Below, in pieces: positions 1 to 13,600 of a stretch of 64,000 nt of DNA. The DNA is from the human T2T-CHM13v2.0 reference genome, Homo sapiens. A program made the translations under genes and the position numbers. The notes below the pieces were generated by a model. That model was not told where the DNA came from. It did no database searches and was given only the letters and a program-made list of their open reading frames with translations. Positions within the stretch are counted from its first letter, which is position 1. Each line of letters opens with the position of its first letter. The DNA lies in NCBI RefSeq assembly GCF_009914755.1, contig NC_060932.1. One strand, 5' to 3'.

Positions 1-844
1 CCAGTTGTCCTGATCTGTTCCCTTTCTCAATTATATATGTGTCTGTTTAATACACCCTAGTACAGAAAATATCAGAATTTGATTCAGCCCAATAAACAGT
101 TTGCCATAGGATTTACACAACATGCAAATAACATTATTTAAAATTTTATTCAATTCTCCAAAAATAATTGTATGTATTACTTTCAGAAAGTACATCTACT
201 ATATAAATTGAGATATAAAAATGATGGTCACTGGGAGAGGGCTCCCTGTGCCTTGAATATTCTGCTAAGAGATTTACTTCCATAACCTCACTGAATCTTC
301 ATGAACGTCTTTAAAAGAGGCTAGTTCAATTATTTAATTAAAATGTAAATATTTTAAAGCTGGCTTAGTACAAATAAAAAAGAGAAAAACTTATAAGCTT
401 TGCATTCATATATAAAGCATGTTCTACTTTATAAAATATTCATAATGTTAAAATCCGGTATTATTTCATTTTATGGAAAATTTGGCATAATTTCCAGATT
501 TGCAAAGATGTCATCTAAGTTTGATTGTTTTCCAAAAGCCTTTAATAAAGCAGAAAAAGTGTGAATGAAGGACAAATTATAGGGACTCATAATGTGATAT
601 TTTCTGCTTAGGAAATGTGTGGAAATGCTATAAGTGAATGAACTGTATCTGTATTTAATGTATAATTTTTGATTAAACTGAGCCTCTTGAAATAGGTCTC
701 AGAATAAAAATGCAAGGTCAGTGGCTATGTAGTTTGCTATGGATTCAGATCTGCTACAGTGGAGCTCTCCAAATCCAAGCTTCGACTTATCTTCTGACAA
801 AGGAGGTCAAAGGTCATGCCAAATCCATCTCAAATTCTTTTTTT

Positions 845-1034
845 TTATGTATTGATAAACAATAGAATTTTACTTAGGTCACATTTCTGAAGGCTAAGCA
901 GTTCAAGATCAAGCATTGCACCTGGTGAGGGCCTTTTTGCTATTTTATAATATGGTGGAAGGCATTACATGGCAAGAGAGTGTATATGAGTGAGGGAAGG
1001 GGGCCAAAATTATCTTTTGTAAGAATGTCACCCC
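845..1034 (-). mobile_element. MaLR LTR fragment (MST/MLT1A-like)
   Basis: aacaatagaatttt...ttcaagatcaag...ggtgagggcc...tggtggaaggca resembles the MaLR LTR reverse complement; cut off by the Alu at 1036. Confidence 0.55.
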
Positions 1035-1035
1035 A

Positions 1036-2213
<1,178 letters not shown>

Positions 2214-4171
2214 ATCTTCTATCTAAATTGAATATTTTCAATGATGACTGTTATTTTATTTTTATTTTTATTTTGCTGTGAGATGAGAAAGGAATCATTT
2301 ATATTTGTCAAAGCTTGGCCATCATTTGAATTCAAAGAAGAACGTAAACTACAGATGCCACTTTATGGAGTAATATTTGGCAGAGTATTACGCTTTTGTT
2401 AAAAGAATACAGGAGGAAAAAATGTATATCTCTCTATATAGTCAACATCGGCTACAAAATATCAAGGAATAAGGAGATCTAGGATACCTGTGAGAGTGAC
2501 TTGTAGATTTTCAAATTTTCTCCTAGTATTTTCACATGCACGAACCGAAAAGAGTTTAAATCATGTTGCTCCAATTACTTTTCCAAGAAAAAGCACCAAA
2601 AAGAGGAAAACCTGTTCCCACATCGTCTTCGTGGCATCCGCTAGCTGAAGAAAATGGTTTGGCCATGAGAAACTGATCACATGATTTCTTATGCTTCATG
2701 TCTGTGTATTGGCTCCCATTTTCTCTTCCAGAGAAAATGGAAAACATTTTCACATTGTCCAGTAAACACCATACAGCAATGCATGCAGTTATTTACTTGC
2801 TTTCTTTGAATAATGGGAAAAACAGCGGGGTGCTGCAAGTGAAATAAGTCCAAACGGGAAGCATTTGCTAATGACAAACATTCTCCTTCCTCTATTCCTC
2901 TAAGTAAGCACTCTGGTGACCAAATCTTCTGCGTGACTTGGTGCTATAAGAAACATGGTTGACTCCCGGAATCCCACCCATCTATGAGGTGTAGAACCCC
3001 CTCCTCTTCTCCCTGCCTGCAACCTACCCTTTCAATCAGGCAATTTTAAATATGGGAAAGGCAATATGGTTAGAGTAGAACGTGTGATTTTGTTGAATAG
3101 AGAGTTAGAAATGTTAAGAAATAAGGCAGGTGGGTAGCTCAGGAAGAGTGATTTGATTTTTTGGATTTATAAGTAGCAAAGGGGGAGTTGAAATTTAGAA
3201 TTATCAGTATAGTTTGTGTCTTTCTGTAGAATTCTGCTTCAGGTAACATTTCAAAGTTTTGGAAAAGTAAATTCCTGCTTTCACCCACAGAGGAGTTAGA
3301 GGTGACTGAAGCAAGATCAGACGGCTCTTTTGAGCCAACATTTAATCCTAGCTCTTGATGAGTGACTCCAGTCTATGGGTTTCACTGGGTCAGGATTCTT
3401 CACCTGTTCAAAATTGGTTACTGTGGCTGATTTCATGGCTATATGGTATAGATTATATGTGTCAGCAGATTGTAAATATAAAGAGGAGAAGGAAAAAAAA
3501 TCTGGTAGAAACCAGTGACAAAAAGCAGTAGCTAATGAATCTTTTGGATGCTTCACACTTTTGCACTGTGATTTACTAGTTCTTGGTTTGGGTAGATTAA
3601 AATCTCTTTGGTGGAGTAAGTTAAGAACAGTGTGTTTCAGTGACGATTTCTAGGGCTTGGCTAAAGGTATCCACTCAGTTGTGAATTCTCAAGTCCAAGG
3701 GCAGCATCTTATTTCTGTTTGAATTTAGTGGTTAGCATAAAGACTGACGCATAAGATTTCCAATGTTTGTTCAATGAATGAGTGAATGAAAAGGAATGAG
3801 TGTAGAAGTGTGGAATTTGGAAGTAATCATGCATATGTATATAAAAACTAGCCCTTTAAATTACATATCCTTTGATAAATAATCTAAAGATGGTCACAAA
3901 TATGAACAATTCTGTGACAAGAAGAAATTTGCCAGCCACAAGTGTCTGCTTTGTTGTAAGGAGGACAGTTATTCAATAACGGCTTTTATAAACTACTATA
4001 AACATACTCTTTCAAGGTGAGTAACCTTGAAAATTAAAGTTTGTAGAAATGAAAACAGCAAATATATGTCAAAACTGCTTCCTTATCCTAAGACATCAAT
4101 TTTTATAGACCTAGAACAAAGTCAAATATTCCCTTATCTATACTTTCCTGTGCATTTACTGTGCGATACAC

Positions 4172-4237
4172 ATTTTCATAACGTTACAAGCCCTGAAACG
4201 TCTATATTTTCATAACATTACAAGTCATGAAACGTCT
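4172..4237. repeat. Tandem duplication, 34-bp period, two copies
   Basis: attttcataacgttacaagccctgaaacgtct (4172-4203) vs attttcataacattacaagtcatgaaacgtct (4206-4237); 3 mismatches. Confidence 0.9.
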
Positions 4238-4409
4238 TCTGTGGATTTAACCTCTGAAATTTTTTTTAACAGTACTTTAAAGGTCTCTTGTTTTGGAACA
4301 TTGGAGGCACAAATCTTGAATAGGTGGCGCCTAATGATAAAAGGGAAATTTGTGTAAATCTATTGGCCTCCTATTTCGAGTCTTGTGTTTGTGAAGTGAT
4401 ATAATTTGA

Positions 4410-4424
4410 CCAGAAGATGGCAGC
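4410..4424 (+). promoter_or_regulatory. CTCF-like motif overlapping a YY1-like AAGATGGC
   Basis: CCAGAAGATGGCAGC vs consensus CCASYAGRKGGCRSY, 1 mismatch. Motif only, no binding data. Confidence 0.45.
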
Positions 4425-4462
4425 ATTCTGAAAGAAAAAACAAAAACAGGAAAACAAAAAGC

Positions 4463-4528
4463 AAGGTACTACTACACTTAACATGTTTTTATCAAAGAAT
4501 AAAAATATGTTAAGTGTAGTAGTACCTT
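4463..4528. repeat. Near-perfect inverted repeat (30-bp arms, 6-nt loop)
   Basis: aaggtactactacacttaacatgtttttat-caaaga-ataaaaatatgttaagtgtagtagtacctt; 29/30 Watson-Crick pairs plus one G-T. Confidence 0.95.
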
Positions 4529-4601
4529 TGAAGTAGTACTCTTTTAAGTGTTAATGATGTTACTATTTTAATTAGCATTGATCTTTTTTTGGACATTATC
4601 C

Positions 4602-4744
4602 TTTTTTTTAAATTTTATTTTATTATTATACTTTAAGTTTTAGGGTACATGTGCACAATGTGCAGGTTTGTTACATATGTATACATGTGCCATGCATATG
4701 TAACAAACCTGCACATTGTGCACATGTACCCTAAAACTTAAAGT
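4602..4744. mobile_element. L1PA extreme 3' end followed by an inverted copy of itself (fold-back)
   Basis: T-rich tail plus actttaagttttagggtacatgtgcacaatgtgcaggtttgttacatatg (4630-4679), a 15-nt spacer, then the exact reverse complement at 4695-4744. Confidence 0.93.
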
Positions 4745-5834
4745 TCTTTTCAAGGTGTAAGATGTCCTAATTCCAGAAAAAAATCTTAGTAATTGTAAAA
4801 GTCTACCTGTCCTATTTCTCATCAGAGAAGAAAGTCCTTTGAAAGGCCCCACAGTTATCTAAACGCGATAGAATTTTAAGTTAGTGATGTATTAATTCTC
4901 TGTAGGATTCAAATATAGTGTTTGAAAAGACTACATATGGCAATCAAATTTGTGATCCAAGAAGAGATTAAGTATGTTAGAGTTTTCCCTAAAATATCTG
5001 TATTGGGTGAAGGAACATTCTTGTGCACTATAAATTACATGGTATAAAAATGCAATGAAAAAAACCTGAAAAGATTCTTCTACAGATACTATATACATAT
5101 TTATTGAATTATTTCACTTATTTACAAACCTTTCAAAACCATGTATTTTTATCTTAAAACTATTTTAAATTCAGACACCTTATTACATGTTTTTTTGTTA
5201 CATGTTCTTTTGTTTGTAACAATATTGAGAGTCTTTCATCAGCCTGAAAGATGAACAGAACTTCCGTTATGTGCCTAACTTATTAAAACTTTGATTTAAT
5301 TTAGTTCTAGAGATGCAGAAAAGAGCATATAGTTCATGTCCTAGTAATGTCCCTTCCAATTCATACAGCAAATATAATTACGAATAATCCACTCTGACAA
5401 TATTCTTAAACCAATTAATGGGTTATGTTGTTTACTTGGTGTAACTCAGAGATATGCTAGGAATCAGGATAAATAATAAATATATAATGTTAACAGTAAT
5501 GAAAGATAATGAAATAATTTTAAGTTTTTGCCTCAAGCTTTTAAATGGCATCAGATATGCAATAAATGTTTTCTGGTTTGATGATAACATTTTAATGAAA
5601 GTTTTCACAGGTATTTGGTTAGAAAAATTGCATTTAGTGTTCCAGTATTTCTGAAATGTCAAGAAAAACGGTTCTTTAGTCTAAGTCTGAATAAAAATAG
5701 GTATCCTTGGGGCCTGTTTCCTGTGTCCATGCTGCTGAAAAGTCAGAATTTGTTCTTTTTACTTGCCTGGAGTCAGCCTGGCCTAATTGCCTTCACCCAT
5801 TCCTGATCTGACCGTTTGAGACCCCACAACAGTG

Positions 5835-6147
5835 CAGATGCTCCTTGACTTACAATGGGGTTATGTTCCAATGAATCCATTGTAAGTTGAAAAAAAATCT
5901 TAAGTCAAAAATGCACTTAATACACCTAACCTATTGAGCATCCTAGCTTAGCCTAGCCTGTCTTAAATGTGCTTATAACACTTACATTAACCTACAGTTG
6001 GGCAAAGAGATCTAACACAAAGCCTATTTTGTAAGTGTCGAATATCCCGTGTAATTTATTGAATACTCTACTGAAAACATATTGCTTTTGCATCAGGCTC
6101 ATGTCAAACAATTCTAAGTCAAATCATTGTAAATTGGGGACCCTCTT
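5835..6147 (+). mobile_element. MER47A-like TcMar-Tigger MITE
   Basis: Termini cagatgctccttgacttacaatgggg ... cattgtaaattggggaccctct; internal ctagcttagcctagcc and ctacagttgggcaaa. Confidence 0.8.
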
Positions 6148-6171
6148 TACTTATTGCTGAAATCCATCCTT

Positions 6172-6501
6172 ATTTTATTTTATTTTACTTCAAGTTCTGG
6201 GGTACATGTGCAGAACTTGCAGGTTTGTTACATAGGTATAAATGTGCCATGGTGGTTTTCTGTACGCATCAACCCATCATCTAGGTTTTAAGCCCCTCAG
6301 GCCTTAGGTATTTGTCCTAACACTTACCATAGAATACTATGCAGCCTCAAAAAAGATTGAGTTCATGGTCTTTGCAGGGACATCGATGAAACTGGAAACC
6401 ATCATTCTCAGCAAACTAACACAGGAACAGAAAACGAAACACCGCATGTTCTCACTCATATGTGGGAGCCGAACAATGAGAACACATAGACACAGGGAGG
6501 G
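6172..6501 (-). mobile_element. Short L1PA (PA7-PA10-like) with 5' inversion (twin priming)
   Basis: Antisense 3' end 6172-6320, sense segment 6321-6501; TSD gaaatccatcctt at 6159-6171 and 6502-6514. Confidence 0.9.
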
Positions 6502-7906
6502 GAAATCCATCCTTCTTAATCCCAGAAAGCTGCTGAAGTTTCTAGATCTCAGCAGCAAACTGAACTTTACAAAACCTTTCTGGCCAGGCACCATTCATTC
6601 CTTGTCATTGGATCTCCTCCTCACCACCACTCCCATAAAAGTTTGACTGGGATGGAAGGAAGTTTCATTAGCACTTGCTAGAACTGAGGAAGGAATCAAG
6701 CTGCATAATAGAAAATTATGTCATAAAGACCACAAATAAGAAACGAGTTAGAGTCTAGGCAAACTGATAAACACTTATATGTTATTCTCCCCGGAAAACT
6801 ACTTGGACCCATTTTAAAGCAGAGTCATCATCACTTTTTTATTGTGTTCAAATTTATTTGTATTTGTTTCCATTGTAAGTCAATATTCAAACTATTTTGT
6901 AGTGTTTTAACATGTCGTCTGACCATTTCATGTGTTCTAATTTAATGTTTTAAAGAAAACCCATTGTTTAATATTCCCCTTCCTCCACCTTTTTGTGGAT
7001 ATAAACTCTGCTTTTATCAGGACAAATTAAGGAACCAAAGGGTGGTAGTCACCCCACTTTGGGTTGTATGTACCCATCTTTAGTCCCATTTAAATATAGT
7101 ATTAATGAATGACAAAAAATACCACTATAACCTTGACTCTGTGGTTTTACATTCCTCGAAGTGTTCTTATCTCTCAGATGGCAGCAGAGATGAAATGTGC
7201 TCCTGGTATTCATAATCACAGCTCAGGACACAGCTCCCTGTGATCGGATGTTAAAATTAAAATTTTGACCCAAACCCTAAGGGGACAAATTCGATATCAA
7301 AGTAAGTAGTGAGATAGACCAAGCTGCAGAGCTTGCAAGAAGTATTTGGAGGAGAATGCATTCAAGAACTCAATTCTCCTGCCTTCTTGGAGGTTATAAT
7401 AGGATCAAGAATTGAGATTCTTGCACGATTTGGGAAAAAGTGATTTGGGATTTTTGTATGCAGTGAAAACATCCACCTCCAACACACTTTGCCCTCTAGG
7501 GAAGGGTTAATATGATGCCTGCCCTCATTTCAAGGCTGATGAAAGGGACTTCAAAGGGACCTTATAGACATGGAGGGCTTGACATGAGTCCCTGTAGTGT
7601 GGGAGACACAGGAGCCTGACCTGGCTTGTTGGGGTGTCTAGCTGGTAACAAGCCAGAGGAGGTGTGGCTGTATTAGTATGAGCTAAATTCTTAAATTTGG
7701 CTGGAAACTGGCAGTGCTTGTGTTTCTCACAGACCAGAGATGTATCACATGGCATCGTGTAAGGGCCTGTCCCTAGGGTTGACTAGAGATATAAAGAAGC
7801 CTCAGCCGGGAGAAGATGAAAGTGTTCACGTATCTCTACAGGTTGTGGAAAAAGTAACTGACCTGCAAAAAAGGAGGTGCAAAGGCCACGTTAAGGAGAT
7901 CACAGG

Positions 7907-10688
7907 TGTGGTAGCTAATCTCCAATACATCCTCCAGTGATCTGTGTGTCCTGGTAGATATGTCTGGTAGAGTCCACTGTCACATTGATTAGGATAGGTT
8001 CATATGACCAGTAGAATACAAGAGACATCTTGGTGTGTGACTTTGAAAGCTAGGTCATAAAAGGCGTGGCAGTCTCTGTCGTTGTCTCTTAGATTTTTCA
8101 CTCTGGAGGAACACAGCTTCTATGACGTAAGAACATTTTGGTTGCTTCACAGAGAGATCCAGATGGAGAGGAGCCAGTTTGTAACCACATGAGTATACTG
8201 TTTTGGAAATGAGCCAGTCAACCCCCAACTGCAGCCTCATGAGAGACCCTGTCCTAAAACTGCTTGAACAAAACACTACTGAATTCTCAATACCTGCAAA
8301 CCATGGGACATAATAGATGATCAGTACTGTTTTCAGCCATTAAATTAAGGGGGATTTGTTATGCAGCAATAGATGGCTGGGATGGATTTTTAGGGCACCA
8401 TAACAAAAAAACTAAAAACTGACAAAATATGATGGAGACTTTGAGATTGGGAGGCAGGTGGATGCTAGACAGATGGAAACAGAGTAGTATTGAAAGGACA
8501 TCAAACATACTGTTAGCATAAGCCAGGTAGCTTTTGAGGGGGCTTTCAGTGAAAGGTTAAAGAAAAATAAAGAAAGTGTTATTAGAAAAAGGGAATCCTT
8601 CTTATTTAGAGGAAAAAATTTAGCAATATTGTTGTGAGTGGTAATGTAGAAAGTAAAAAATGTACCTAAAGAATATAATGATCTAGATAAGGAGATTTCC
8701 AGGCTTGGTTAAAGGTAATTTCTGACTTCTTATTACGTATACTGAAATGAAAGAGGAGGCCGGGCGCGGTGGCTCACGCCTGTAATCCCAGCACTTTGGG
8801 AGGCCGAGGCGGGCGGATCACGAGGTCAGGAGATCGAGACCATCCTGGCTAACACGTTGAAACCCCGTCTCTACTAAAAATACAAAAAATTAGCCGGGCG
8901 AGGTGGCGGGCGCCTGTAGTCCCAGCTACTCGGGAGGCTGAGGCAGGAGAATGGCGTGAACCCCAGGGGGCGGAGCCTGCAGTGAGCCGAGATTGCGCCA
9001 CTGCAGTCCAGCCTGGGCGACAGCGAGACTCCGTCTCAAAAAAAAAAAAAAAAAAAAAAAAAGAAAGAAAGAAAGAGGAGACAGATAAGCTAAAGGAGTA
9101 TTAAAATATAAAGGTGCCAGAATTTGTTGGATTCAAAAATAAAACTTTGTTTCTTCACAGCCTTTCTAGACAGCAAATGATACTACAATAAAGAAACAAT
9201 GAAAAACAAATGTAGATCATACTCAAGAAAATATGGTCTCAAAATAAAATCCTTTGCTAAGACCTCAGAAATACCTGAGATGATACTTCAGAGAACTATT
9301 CAGGCAGTTCTAAGTCCTCTAGAATTTTTGAAAGATACTTCACAGATCCCATACATTAAAAAGTAGGGCTTAAAAGGATTATGAAGACAATGTCTTTCAG
9401 AAGCCTCAATAGATGTCTGAGGTAGAGAAAGACATATCTTGATGAATTTTGTAACTGTGACTTTTGTGTAATGGAGTGAGCCCTAATAAGATACATAAGA
9501 AATACACAAAGTTGAAAGAGATCATATGAGCAGAAACACCTATAGCTTGGCTCAAAAGTTCAGAGATAGTGAAAAATTAAAAGACGTCTTTGGACCACCA
9601 AAGTATCACAGTCAGAAAACAAGATGAGAAATCATCTCACTTGCAAACACGGGGCATTTCATTAGAAAAAGGAAGAATGACTCAAAGGGCACATCTCACA
9701 GGAAGGAACTGGTGGATCAACCCCAGGAAGCGGTATGAATGATTCCAGCCAAAGACCTTCAAATATGTGCCCTGTTGTTTTTCAGGATTTGTATAGACCA
9801 GTGACACTTACGTGCCTTCTGTTTCCTCCTTTTATTGAATGAGAGGGTCTACGGTTGTTATTCCATATCTGCCATACCACTGTATGTTGGGTGAGTTTGC
9901 ATATGTTCAGAGAAAGAGGAACTATACCGGAGGGGCTGTGCTTGAGGAAGTGCACCTGAGACCTGCAGCGTCTCATCTGCACCTGGATCTGATTTATTTA
10001 ACAAAATCTTGAACTTTGAACAGATGCTATCTTTTGGGGGCCATTTGGAGCAGGCTAGTGCTTTTGCTTGCATTAGAGACATGGCACATTGTCACATTGT
10101 GGTAACCAGCCTCCAAGTTGCCACCCAATAATTCTTTTTATAAACATGCCCTTGTTTAGACCTTTTCCAACATTGAACAGGGCTAGTCTGCGTGATCAGT
10201 ACAGTACAGAAGATAAGACAGTTTGACTTCCTTGATTTCTTTCACTTGCATCGGTGGAAGTCAGGTGCCACCACATGAGAATGCTCTAGCATTCCCATTG
10301 AGAAAAATGACATAGAGAAGAGCCAATGTTCGAACACCAATATTTCAGCCACACGAATAAGCCAATTTCGAAGTAGATCTTGTAGCCCTGGTAAAACGTT
10401 TAGAGAACTGCATTCCAGCAGACAACTGACTGCAGCCTCACGAAAGACCCATACAACTAAGTTGCTCTAAATTTCTGACATGCGTGGAACTGTGAGATTA
10501 GCTGCATAACAACCCCCTCTTAATTTAATGGCTTAAAACAGTACTAATCATCAATTATGTTCCATGGTGTGCATGTATCAGGAATTCAGGAGTGGTTTGT
10601 TCAGGCAAGGTCTTTCATGAGGTTGCGTTATTGTTACTTTAAGCCACTAAGTTTATAATTTATTATACAACAACAGATAATCGATATA
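7907..10688 (+). mobile_element. MLT1 (MLT1F-like) MaLR with two LTRs (about 7907-8383 and 10098-10688) and degraded internal region
   Basis: Both LTRs start tgtggta, share ctgcagcctca(t/c)ga(g/a)agaccc and end tt(g/a)ttat(g/a)ca(g/a)caa..gat; MLT-int-like sequence lies between. Confidence 0.72.
8758..9075 (+). mobile_element. Young AluY, AluYe5-like
   Basis: CpG-rich; ggcgAggtgg, gaacccc(a)gggggcggagCctgcag and gacagcgagactcc (2-nt deletion); A25 tail; TSD about gaaagagga. Confidence 0.88.
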
Positions 10689-13600
10689 GCAGACAAGAGA
10701 TTAATATCTTGTGGACCTACAGATTGCATATTTTCATCCAGTGAGAACTTTCCTGTTCTTGCAAGGCCTCTGCCCCCCATCACAAAGGTGCTAGCAAGTG
10801 ATGTATAGAATAAGCTAGAAAGGAAAAGGAAGCAGAACACTCCCACCCCACAATCTTCCCTCGATGCAGGTAGACACCTACCTTGAGCAAGACAAAACTA
10901 TGTGTGTGAGCGTGCGCGTGTGTGTGTATCATTGGACTTAACACAAAAAGAAAACTACAAATACAAGTGGGAGAATGATCTCACAACTTTGATATATCCA
11001 CGAAATGCTAAATGTGAAATTAAATATTTGGTTAATATTTGCTTGGGAAATATCTTTAAATGGAAATTCTACTAGTTTTCAATTCTAAATGTTCATCTTC
11101 TAAAAAATCATTTAATATTCTGACTTACATCCACAGAAGAAAAAATGTAAAAAATAATGTCCAATGATCTACCTAAAACCCTGTGTTCTAAAGTATTGAA
11201 TTTGTTCTACATTAAGACCTCAATGATTTGGGCCAGCAGAACCGTAGACCCGGGCTAGGTTGAGTTGCTCTAATCTGGTGTCTGCTGTCTTTTACATTTT
11301 GTTTTTGTTTCTTATTGTCTGTCCAGTCCAGGGTTCAGAACTCACTGATGAAGAAACCTTAGAAATGAATGCAATGCCTTAGCGACAGGGAAGTACTGGG
11401 GGCAACTTCGTGGGGATGCTCTTGGAAATGAAACAGGCTTACCCTAGAGGCTGGACATAAAAAAAAAATTGTCAACATTTTCCTCTTTCTTATAATTTGT
11501 TTAGTCTAGAATTTAAATGAAATCTGTGTCATGGATTACTCAAAGAACATCTTATAAAGAAGGCCAATATATAAAAGAGATAAAGCTCAGTCAGCTTGGC
11601 TGGGACAGGCAGAGGACGGCAGTTTTGGGGGTGCCCTAGAGTGCATGGTGGGAGCGGCCCTGATTTATTTGGTTATTAGTGCTTGTTTGCATCATTCTCT
11701 GCATTTCATATTATAACTAATTTGGTAAATGCTTATCTAGTAAATTACTACAGTCCTGATACAAAGATAGGACCTTCAAAATGAATAAAGAAAACAACAA
11801 CAGTAACAACAACAACAACACAGATAAAGCAATCTACAGTAAAGAGGAAACAATTAGAGTCAATTTCATAACATCAATGGATTTTCCTTTGAAGGAATCT
11901 ACTGATTCAGGAGGTCATCTGGATTATACCAGCTGGCTAAAGTAGAAAGACTAGAGAAACGCTAAAACCCAACAATGACAACAAAAATCTAAGGAGTATA
12001 GTTGATTGATTTAAAAATAAATGAAGCGAGTACATAAAGTATTCATTAAATAACCAAAACAGTCAAGGATAAAGGAGGTTTTCAAGTGGTGGCATCTTAG
12101 GACTTTATGAGGATACAGAGTAAACAATTCCTTTACTTTCAGATTTCTGTTACATGATTCCAAATATTTATATATGTGATTTTCAGACTACTCATATGGT
12201 TGGCTTATATTTTTATTGTTTCATTTTGAAATTTGGTATGTGATTGATTCAGCTCAAAACTATAGTCAAGAAGGCCCTCTGTGTAAACTTTGTATATTCA
12301 CATGAAATCCTTGCTTAAACCTTTCAATGACTTTAACTGTCTTTAAGACATGAGCACAGAGGCCATCAAATGCCTGGGACAGAATTAATTATCAATCTGT
12401 TAGCAAGAAGGTAGAAAAATATGGGAAAATATTTAATATGTAATTAGAGCTTGGAGACAACTAGGTTTGAAATGAATAAAGTGAAGACTGTGAAAATGGC
12501 TTACCAGTTATTATTACTCCTCAGTGCTATGAATTATACTCTTGGTTGCTATGATGTGGCATGCTGTTGGCTTGCCATTTTATATTGCCCAGAAGTAACT
12601 GGCAGTTGTTATTTCTCTTGGACGAAAATATGAGTTGAATTCAAGAAGTCACATTGGTCCACGGAAAAACTAAATTTTTCTCATTGTAATGATGATAGCA
12701 TGCAAAGTACTATTCATATGACTAAAGTCTTAGGTTGCAGGAATGATTTTTAAATATTATTTCTTATGCTATTAATCTATTCAATTCTAATCTATCATTC
12801 TTATGTGTTCATTTTTTCCCGTATTTCTTTTGGTTTTATGAATTCTGCTCCAGATACTTAATTAACCAGATTACTACAAACTAAACACAAGGGAGAAAAA
12901 CAAGTTTGCCAGCCCCCAAAATTATTTAAGTATCATGTGTTCAGAGCTAAGTATTATATATATCAAGATACAAGTTATTCTCGACAGAATGAAATTCTAA
13001 GATTCAAAGTGGAAAGATGTATATGAGGAGGTGACCGTGAAGATGGAATAACCCATCACAGACAAGACTGTCTTGAGTTAACATGTAAATGGATTGGAAA
13101 CAGACGTCAGTATCTGAAAACAACAAGAAATTAGAGAATTTTGAATTTATTTTAAATATAAAAGTAAATGGCCGTGGAAATATCTCTGTTTTTCAAAGTC
13201 CAAAATTAATGAATTGCACACTTATTTATTATTTCAAAATCCAGACTAGGTGTATGAAATCCTCTGTGCTTTTAAATCACAGAATTCTAGGAAATATCAC
13301 ATTATAATAATCACTGAACAATTTCCTTTTTAGAAATATTTTTTCCAGCTCTCTGGTGACTCAGTTCTTCCTTAAAAAGCTATAAATTTTGCCTATTTTT
13401 CTTTCTAATAAACAATGAGGATCTTACCAACAGAAGCAAATCTTTCTTTAAAAATCCACATACTTTAATGTGATTGCTTTGACATGGCAAAATGAAATTG
13501 CCATATTCAAAAGCAAGACATCAAAAGACATTCTTTTCTAAGACTATTACATTTGTGTTTAAATGTTTTAATTAAAAACTGTATTAATTCAAATTTTTTG

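Noticed and set aside
3323-3336. GGCTCTTTTGAGCC resembling a histone 3' stem-loop
   Set aside because: Only a 5-bp stem (canonical is 6 bp with a 4-nt loop), lacks the conserved flanks, and no histone ORF upstream.
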